From Nemertoderma westbladi (Eukaryota > Animalia > Xenacoelomorpha): 42,515 nucleotides of DNA. Numbering within the stretch: position 1 is the stretch's first letter; every line of letters begins with the position of its first letter. Below, piece after piece: positions 36,019 to 42,515 of the stretch. Position numbers and translations under genes: made by a program. The stretch lies in assembly GCA_032718475.1 (NCBI GenBank), contig JAUCBJ010006395.1, positions 1 through 42,515 of the forward strand. The letters run 5' to 3'. The notes under the pieces are model-generated. The model was not told the DNA's origin. It saw nothing but the letters and a program-made list of their open reading frames with translations, and did not search any database.

Positions 36019-39000
36019 ATGTATTCATTACCATTGGATCATAGAGGAAGGCAATTAAACTGTTATGCCTGTAAAGTTAATCTACCCAGGGCCTGTCGCG
36101 GAATAAAAACGTTGAAATTGACACCTTTACCCTTCAATGTTGAGATCAACAATACAAACACAGCCGCAGCTTTACATTTGTGCAATGAGTTTCTAAGTGA
36201 TATTGTCTATCATAGACAGTGTAAATATAATCATGATGGAGAGAGTCCAGTAACAGGAAATTGTGTCCTTTTACACCACTGTAATTTAAGTCGTCACTCC
36301 ACTGTGGAAGATTTAACCAAAATTATTCACAAGCATACCGAATGCTCTGGATTGCTTTGCAGATGCGAATTGTCGCACCTAATGTCTAATCTTATTTCTG
36401 AAGAAAGTGGAAATCCCAAAGTTATGGAGCTTACATTGGACATGCTTTATGATTCATTACCAACCCGACAACCTTCTAGAATGTTGGCGTTGAGTGGTAC
36501 TGGTACCGGAAATACAGGAAGGGATATAGATAATTATTCCACTAGAAATACATTGCGGAATGCAATCGATGATGGTAGGCTAAATCGGAGAGCGATATCC
36601 GAACGTAAACTCAGCTGCCAAGAGGCGGCGATGAAACCATATGAAGTGCAACAATACTCATCGCATTTCAATAGAAACCCATATATCTTCCGGCAATCTA
36701 CAGCTGCTGCTTCCCCTGCAGGCAATCATTCCAACAATATTCCCATGGGACTTGGATCGCGCGGGATAGAAACCGACTCCGACGTTAGAGATATTCCTCT
36801 CGAAATTCAAACTCAACGGATTATTGACGCTCTGCAATTTCCGTTTACCAGTAGTTTCGCCGCGATTAGCAATCCTTTACCCGAACACTTATTCTATGGG
36901 ACTAGAACCTTTCGAGTTGGTTCAGGTACTGGTAGTTCTACACTGCCGACGGTACCGGTGCAGTCTGCAGCAGTTGCTCATCCAACTGAACCTATCGGCT
37001 CTGCAGGTTCTGGTGACGCTCAACTAATTCAGTCCCCGAGGCCGACGCTGAAGAAACAGGTGTCGTTTATAGACGTAGAAGACTCCGGCAGTGATTCCGG
37101 CGGTAGCGGCAGCTCCAGCGGCAGCGGTTACGCAACCGCAAAGTCCAATATAACGAGAGGCTTTCTTAGTGACACTGAGAGCAGCACTAGCGGCTACACA
37201 ACGGCCAAGTCTACTATAACTAGGAACTATCCCGACGACACGTGTAGAGTTCACCGCAGATCGATACATAATCAACACAACATTAAAGATAGTAATTATT
37301 ATCCGCGCTCTTTTCTCAAAGCTATGTCTTATATAAAAACCCAAGAGAGTTTGTTCACTCAATGCCGTTCAGTTGCCGATCGCGAAGAGTGGCCGTCATC
37401 GGAAGAGGATTCCCCCTCCTCGGAGCGGTTCTACACGCCGATGCACAGCCTCAACCAGTCCCGTCGCGTCTCGGATTGCTCCGATTGCGAGGACTTCGAC
37501 CCCAGTCTGTGGGCCCGGCAGTACGCCCAACGGGTCGCGGGTAGCGTCCCGTCTACCGACCGCCACTCGATGCCCTCCGACGGTGTCGGATGTTCCTGCG
37601 GAGATCCTTCCTCTTGTATTTGTCGGTTTACCTCGAGAACCTACGATTCAGACGAGCTCTCGGTGTTACTCGCTGAGCTGAAGAGGTGCTGTAGACAGTA
37701 CAATGTCTCCGAGAATATAATGCGAACGTTACAGAATAAATTGATTGCCGCATGCCACGGATTGCCGTGCGATGTCTGCAGCGAACTCTCTGTCTGCAAC
37801 TATAAATCGTCTAGAAACAAAAAAACTCGAAAATCCCTTAGGAAATCGATTCAGTGTGTCGACGATAACGAATGCAGCACTGTAGTGATAAAGACGGAGA
37901 CTGAAACATCGGTGTACGAGGAGGAGGAGCCCAGAGCTACGAGATACCGGAGGCAGAATCACTTGCGGAGTAATAAACTTAAAAGTGATTTACCGAGTAG
38001 TTCATCTACTAAGCATAAGAAATCTAGTAAAACTTATAAACAAAGAGAAAAAAGTGAAACCGCTAAACCAGTAAGAGAGAGTCCGACAAGGAGAAGACAG
38101 ATGGAAAGGCGTCAGTTGCTGAACGATGAGTATTCTTGTATAAATAAACAATCAGATAAGCAGAATGATATCGATACAATTGATTCATACAATCAGGAAT
38201 CCCATAGTGAGCACGTCGACCTCCATCGCCGTAGAAGTAGCGTACCGCCGAGTCCACCACAGCCACGCGGTGATGTTGAGTCGCAGAATAGGATGTTGGA
38301 GATGACACAGATGCGGGCGAGATTGCGAGACGCCATAGAGGAGATAGCGAAGGGAGCCGAAATGGTGGGCTCCCAAGGCCGATGTACCCCGAACGGTTAT
38401 CGCGATGCGAGGATCACGTTCGGAGGATTGCACGAACAGGAAGGCACCTCGTCAACATCTTCCAGCACGCAGCCCTTGCCTAACGATAGTTTCGAATGTT
38501 TTATGCAGAAGATAGACGGCGGCCTAGAAAACCAACTGAATAGAGCCCAAGGGAAAACATCGAAGATAATGTACGAATCGAGTCGCGTGATCCGGGATAT
38601 GGAAGGGAGGCGGTACATTCCTGAGGAGATTCCCAGGGACTCTCGGAACCACAAACACCTCCAGATATCGATACCGCCTCCCAACCCAACCGGACAGTCA
38701 TCCGTTCCGGTTTCACTGTTGGGCATCGCGCCTGCTTTACCGCCCCCCAACTCCGGTCCGTCGTCCCTATCAGAAACCCACGTCTACATGAACTGCAGAT
38801 CGACGACGGTGTCCAGCTCCAGACCTCTACCCCCACTCCCCCACTCCGAATCCCATTTTGATTCTAACAATATATCAGCAAATGTTAACGATTCGCCTAA
38901 AAGTAGCTCGTTAAATAAGAAACTCACCCCAACGAAACGAATGCTCAACAGTATGGCCTCCGTGGTAACGAAGAGTCGGAAGCGACTAGCCGGTGTGTTC

Positions 39001-41622
39001 CGTCGCTCGTCGTGTGTGACAACCTCCGAGGATGACGACAACAGTAGCGACGCCTCCCATAAAGCTCGCGTTAGTGACCTGATAAAGCGATTAGGTAAAA
39101 CTCCAGCTAAACGGCCAACTAGGTTGGGGACGGGGGTCGCAGATAGTCCGCGTTCCAGCTCCTCCCCTCATGTTAGTTCCTCTTCCACGGAATTTCGCCC
39201 GACCAGATCGCAGCAATATAATTCAGAGACAGAAGTCCATCAGTCTGGGAGTCGGTTTCAGGTTGATAAAGGGCCTCTAGCCAGGTCGGACCGGGCTCAG
39301 CCCCAGAGCAGCTCCACTGGATCCTCAGTGGATCGCGCGGGTAGGATCTCCGGCATCACCTCCAGTTCGGGGTTCGTCAGCGCGACGGGAGGTCCTTCTG
39401 GTCGAGGCGATCCCGATAACCTAAAAAATAAAATAACCGAGAAAATCGTCGACAAACAGATCTGGCAGAGTTTGAAGGATATGCCCCGTTCGGTTCCCGA
39501 AACGGCAACTTGTGGCCTCACGATCCCCCCTTCTGAGATCGATAACCATCATTATGCTGAATGTATTGATGTCAATGTCGATGAAGCGTCTGTGGAGGAG
39601 CAAGGCCTTCTGTATCTGCGACCTAATGATTTATTCCCAACTGGATCTCCACGAAATCCCGAACCATTAATTGTACCACCTAATCATAATGACAGACAGC
39701 GAAGTGAGTTGTCTGCGCCACCTCCTTTGACGCAAATCCAATCCAAACCTGATCAGCGATCCTCGCGATCTCCCGATATTGCACCCGATAAACCTCCCAT
39801 ACGGCCCAGTAGACGCAGTAGGTCTCAACGCTCCAACAGTGCGCAAGGTAATGTAGCAGCGCAAACTCCCTCGAAGATGAACACCTTCCCTAATAAGAAG
39901 CACGTTAGTTTCAGCAGCAGCTGTGCCGATGTAGAACAATCCCGTATCGAAGGTTTCCCAAAGGGTGATGATAACGTGGTTAAGGATGACGAAGTGCTCG
40001 GTGCTGTTGGCGGCAGTTTGGCGGCGTCCTTTACTCCAACACTTTCCAGCACACCGCACCACGCACCCCCGTTTTCCAGGGTGTTTCGGCAACCTGAAGC
40101 TCCCAGCGACAGTATCGGCTCCTACAACGTTATGCTCCATGACAACAGTAGGTCACTGACCCCGAGCAGCAGCAGCAATCAACCCTCCTCATCTACTGGG
40201 AACAGTAGCGACGTGTTTAAGATCGGGACTGTTCCTTTTCAATGTTCTAGTGAAAGTGTCCATCCATTAACATCGCAATCTACACAATGTAACAGCACTA
40301 GTCCCGATTCTAGCGACACGAGAGCGGCGTGTGCTGCTACACAAACTGATACCGTGGATAAGGGGAATTCGCCATGTAAACCCCATTCTACCGGTGTAAC
40401 TAACCAATCAGAGGGAGTGGTGAGACCCAAAGTTGGTGCAAAACGATTTCTAGGTGGCATTACAATAAGTCCGATTAAGTTAAAGCAAGTTGCGAATCAC
40501 ATGAAGGGACCCCTCAGAGGGAGACAAAGGAACTCACCGGGTTCCAGTAACAGGTTCCCTTCCCCCGCTTACCCAACAAGGCCGTTGTCTTTTACGAAGA
40601 AGAGGGAAAGACCGAGTGATGAAACTCATGTGGGTTGTATGGAGGTAGATGAGCCGCTAGGGCCAATATCAAGCCGACAGCCATTAGAGACAGATGTGTC
40701 GCAGTCGTCGGTACCTGTGTCGGAGTCGGTACCAGTACCGACTGTGGCTGTCGTACCCAGCGCTCCGCCCCTCGAACGCCGCTCCAGCGCATCCCAAACC
40801 GACGAACCCTACTCCCCGTTCCCCGACGTTGATTGGTTCATGTATTTTAAATCTAAAGACGACGTGGGTCCTTGTCTGCGGGCGTCTAGGAGCCCCCGCC
40901 TGGGGGAGAGAGAACCACGTCTAACTCTCACCGACGCCGCTATTGCTTCCTGGGAAACCAGTGCAATTACGCAAAACATTTCCGATAATAACAATGTATT
41001 GAATCCAGATGAAAGAATTATTATACAACGAGAGATTCCTGTTGTTACTCGAACTGGCAGTTTAAAACACGCGAGAGCATCAAATATTACAACAGCTATG
41101 AAATCTAAACAAACCGCCGCGACGGGCGTTAATAAAGCCAGCGGAATGGACATTCTGTGTCGTGAAGTAGAGACAGAAACGAATCCAACGCGACGCGAGA
41201 TTCTCCGGCACACGGAGTCGTTCGGTTCTCGTATGCCGTGGGGGAACACGAACGCGATCGGAGGGAACTTCTCGGTGAAACCCGCGAGTCATTCCTACAC
41301 CCCGGGGTTCAACGTTACCCGGGACGACAGCTTCCTGGAGGTGACCTCGGTGGACTCCGTGCAGGTCGACGCCGGCCAGACTGTCGGCGAGCTGGTCGCC
41401 GTATTCGACGGGGTTCCACCGGCTCGCGGTCAAGGTGATGTGAACGAGGGGTTTCGACTCTCGGATATCGCCGAGTCGGTTTCTAAAGTCGATGTTGGTG
41501 CGTTAGAGGGTCTTGAGGATGATAACCTTGAGCGACAGATCTACCCGAGTTTAGATACTGAGGCGGCTGGTTCCAAAGAATTATCCGCTCGCGATGACAG
41601 TTTAACCAACGAAGAAGAATGA
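36019..41622 (+). CDS. Uncharacterised 1867-aa Ser/Pro-rich, largely disordered protein with Cys/His clusters
   Basis: 5.6-kb stop-free frame, higher GC than the flanks, abrupt AT-rich 3' flank with AATAAA near 41900. No family recognised; the true start or upstream exons are uncertain. Confidence 0.8.
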   Translation: MYSLPLDHRGRQLNCYACKVNLPRACRGIKTLKLTPLPFNVEINNTNTAAALHLCNEFLSDIVYHRQCKYNHDGESPVTGNCVLLHHCNLSRHSTVEDLTKIIHKHTECSGLLCRCELSHLMSNLISEESGNPKVMELTLDMLYDSLPTRQPSRMLALSGTGTGNTGRDIDNYSTRNTLRNAIDDGRLNRRAISERKLSCQEAAMKPYEVQQYSSHFNRNPYIFRQSTAAASPAGNHSNNIPMGLGSRGIETDSDVRDIPLEIQTQRIIDALQFPFTSSFAAISNPLPEHLFYGTRTFRVGSGTGSSTLPTVPVQSAAVAHPTEPIGSAGSGDAQLIQSPRPTLKKQVSFIDVEDSGSDSGGSGSSSGSGYATAKSNITRGFLSDTESSTSGYTTAKSTITRNYPDDTCRVHRRSIHNQHNIKDSNYYPRSFLKAMSYIKTQESLFTQCRSVADREEWPSSEEDSPSSERFYTPMHSLNQSRRVSDCSDCEDFDPSLWARQYAQRVAGSVPSTDRHSMPSDGVGCSCGDPSSCICRFTSRTYDSDELSVLLAELKRCCRQYNVSENIMRTLQNKLIAACHGLPCDVCSELSVCNYKSSRNKKTRKSLRKSIQCVDDNECSTVVIKTETETSVYEEEEPRATRYRRQNHLRSNKLKSDLPSSSSTKHKKSSKTYKQREKSETAKPVRESPTRRRQMERRQLLNDEYSCINKQSDKQNDIDTIDSYNQESHSEHVDLHRRRSSVPPSPPQPRGDVESQNRMLEMTQMRARLRDAIEEIAKGAEMVGSQGRCTPNGYRDARITFGGLHEQEGTSSTSSSTQPLPNDSFECFMQKIDGGLENQLNRAQGKTSKIMYESSRVIRDMEGRRYIPEEIPRDSRNHKHLQISIPPPNPTGQSSVPVSLLGIAPALPPPNSGPSSLSETHVYMNCRSTTVSSSRPLPPLPHSESHFDSNNISANVNDSPKSSSLNKKLTPTKRMLNSMASVVTKSRKRLAGVFRRSSCVTTSEDDDNSSDASHKARVSDLIKRLGKTPAKRPTRLGTGVADSPRSSSSPHVSSSSTEFRPTRSQQYNSETEVHQSGSRFQVDKGPLARSDRAQPQSSSTGSSVDRAGRISGITSSSGFVSATGGPSGRGDPDNLKNKITEKIVDKQIWQSLKDMPRSVPETATCGLTIPPSEIDNHHYAECIDVNVDEASVEEQGLLYLRPNDLFPTGSPRNPEPLIVPPNHNDRQRSELSAPPPLTQIQSKPDQRSSRSPDIAPDKPPIRPSRRSRSQRSNSAQGNVAAQTPSKMNTFPNKKHVSFSSSCADVEQSRIEGFPKGDDNVVKDDEVLGAVGGSLAASFTPTLSSTPHHAPPFSRVFRQPEAPSDSIGSYNVMLHDNSRSLTPSSSSNQPSSSTGNSSDVFKIGTVPFQCSSESVHPLTSQSTQCNSTSPDSSDTRAACAATQTDTVDKGNSPCKPHSTGVTNQSEGVVRPKVGAKRFLGGITISPIKLKQVANHMKGPLRGRQRNSPGSSNRFPSPAYPTRPLSFTKKRERPSDETHVGCMEVDEPLGPISSRQPLETDVSQSSVPVSESVPVPTVAVVPSAPPLERRSSASQTDEPYSPFPDVDWFMYFKSKDDVGPCLRASRSPRLGEREPRLTLTDAAIASWETSAITQNISDNNNVLNPDERIIIQREIPVVTRTGSLKHARASNITTAMKSKQTAATGVNKASGMDILCREVETETNPTRREILRHTESFGSRMPWGNTNAIGGNFSVKPASHSYTPGFNVTRDDSFLEVTSVDSVQVDAGQTVGELVAVFDGVPPARGQGDVNEGFRLSDIAESVSKVDVGALEGLEDDNLERQIYPSLDTEAAGSKELSARDDSLTNEEE

Positions 41623-42515
41623 CATAAACTTCTATTTTTTATTGTTATTTTTATCTGCATTTTTTACAAACCTTTTGCAATAAGGTGGATAACTGCTATT
41701 TTGATAATAACAGCGGTTTTATGCAATTATTTGCAATATATTTTGCGTACGGAAAGTTCGAAAGGTAAGTAAAGTGATATAAAACACCCAAATCTCACAC
41801 CTAAAATGAGCAATATTGTTTTCCTTCAATGTCAACTACGGTAACTTTTAATGCTTTGGTCATAACTTCTATAATTCAAGAACAAAATAATAGACTTTTA
41901 ATAAACAAATAACACACAGTTATTTGTTATTATATAAAATGTCAACATATGTTAAAAAATACAATATATTTTATGTTGCTATTTTATATACCCAGAATTA
42001 TTTAGTTAATTATTTTTAAACCGCTGTCGAAAACTCCAATAAGTTTTACTCGGAAATTCGAGAGAAGCTTGAGTTCCAATGAAATACGGTGGCTATATGG
42101 CAACTTTTTATCACTTTACTTACTTATTCTTTATGATCTCAGGTTTCTCTACTTTTTTTCACCCAATCAGTTTGTTTTCACATTCTCATTTATGTAATAA
42201 CGCAGTGTAGTGCGCACTACTGCGTAATACTCTAAAGTTTCTTAGTATTGCGGTTATTTCGAGGTTTAGTGGTGAATGACTCTCATATTTGTTAACAACT
42301 GGTTCAGATGGACGGAAGAATATCTTTTGGTTGCTTGTTCTCATTGCGTTTTGTTTCCTTAAATATTATATTTCTGATTTTATTTGTTCATTAAAATGAG
42401 TAAATAGAAAACTATCAAACTACAACCGCTATCTAAGGTCGGTTGGAACAGTTAATATCACTTTGGTGTGAAATCTTAAATTTCTCGTTTTTTTTTTCAC
42501 AAATTTTTTTTTATT

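Noticed and set aside
36534-41438. Overlapping small ORFs within the 1867-aa ORF
   Set aside because: They are expected in GC-rich coding DNA and have no independent support.

Overview
Repeat-rich animal (probably invertebrate) genomic DNA, not prokaryotic. 1-16 kb is a resolvable nested transposon stack. A CRE-like REL-endonuclease retroelement, abutting a BEL/Pao gag-protease relic, is split by a degenerate minus-strand BEL/Pao LTR retrotransposon (1064-15270; TG...CA ends, GTCAC TSD, tRNA-Tyr PBS, PPT). Its LTRs were in turn hit by an RTE LINE (12-bp TSD), a DINE/Helentron-like replacement and a non-autonomous Helitron. The Helitron carries a ~146-bp tandem array in which each unit has a CTCF-like motif. 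19.7-23.6 kb holds a predicted three-exon minus-strand FAM181-family gene with a 1.45-kb 20-bp satellite in intron 2. 24-35.5 kb is a mosaic of MITE/foldback elements, several with clear TIRs and TSDs. 36019-41622 is an uninterrupted 1867-codon ORF for an unrecognised, mostly disordered protein dense in short linear motifs. All calls were made by eye; no database searches were run.
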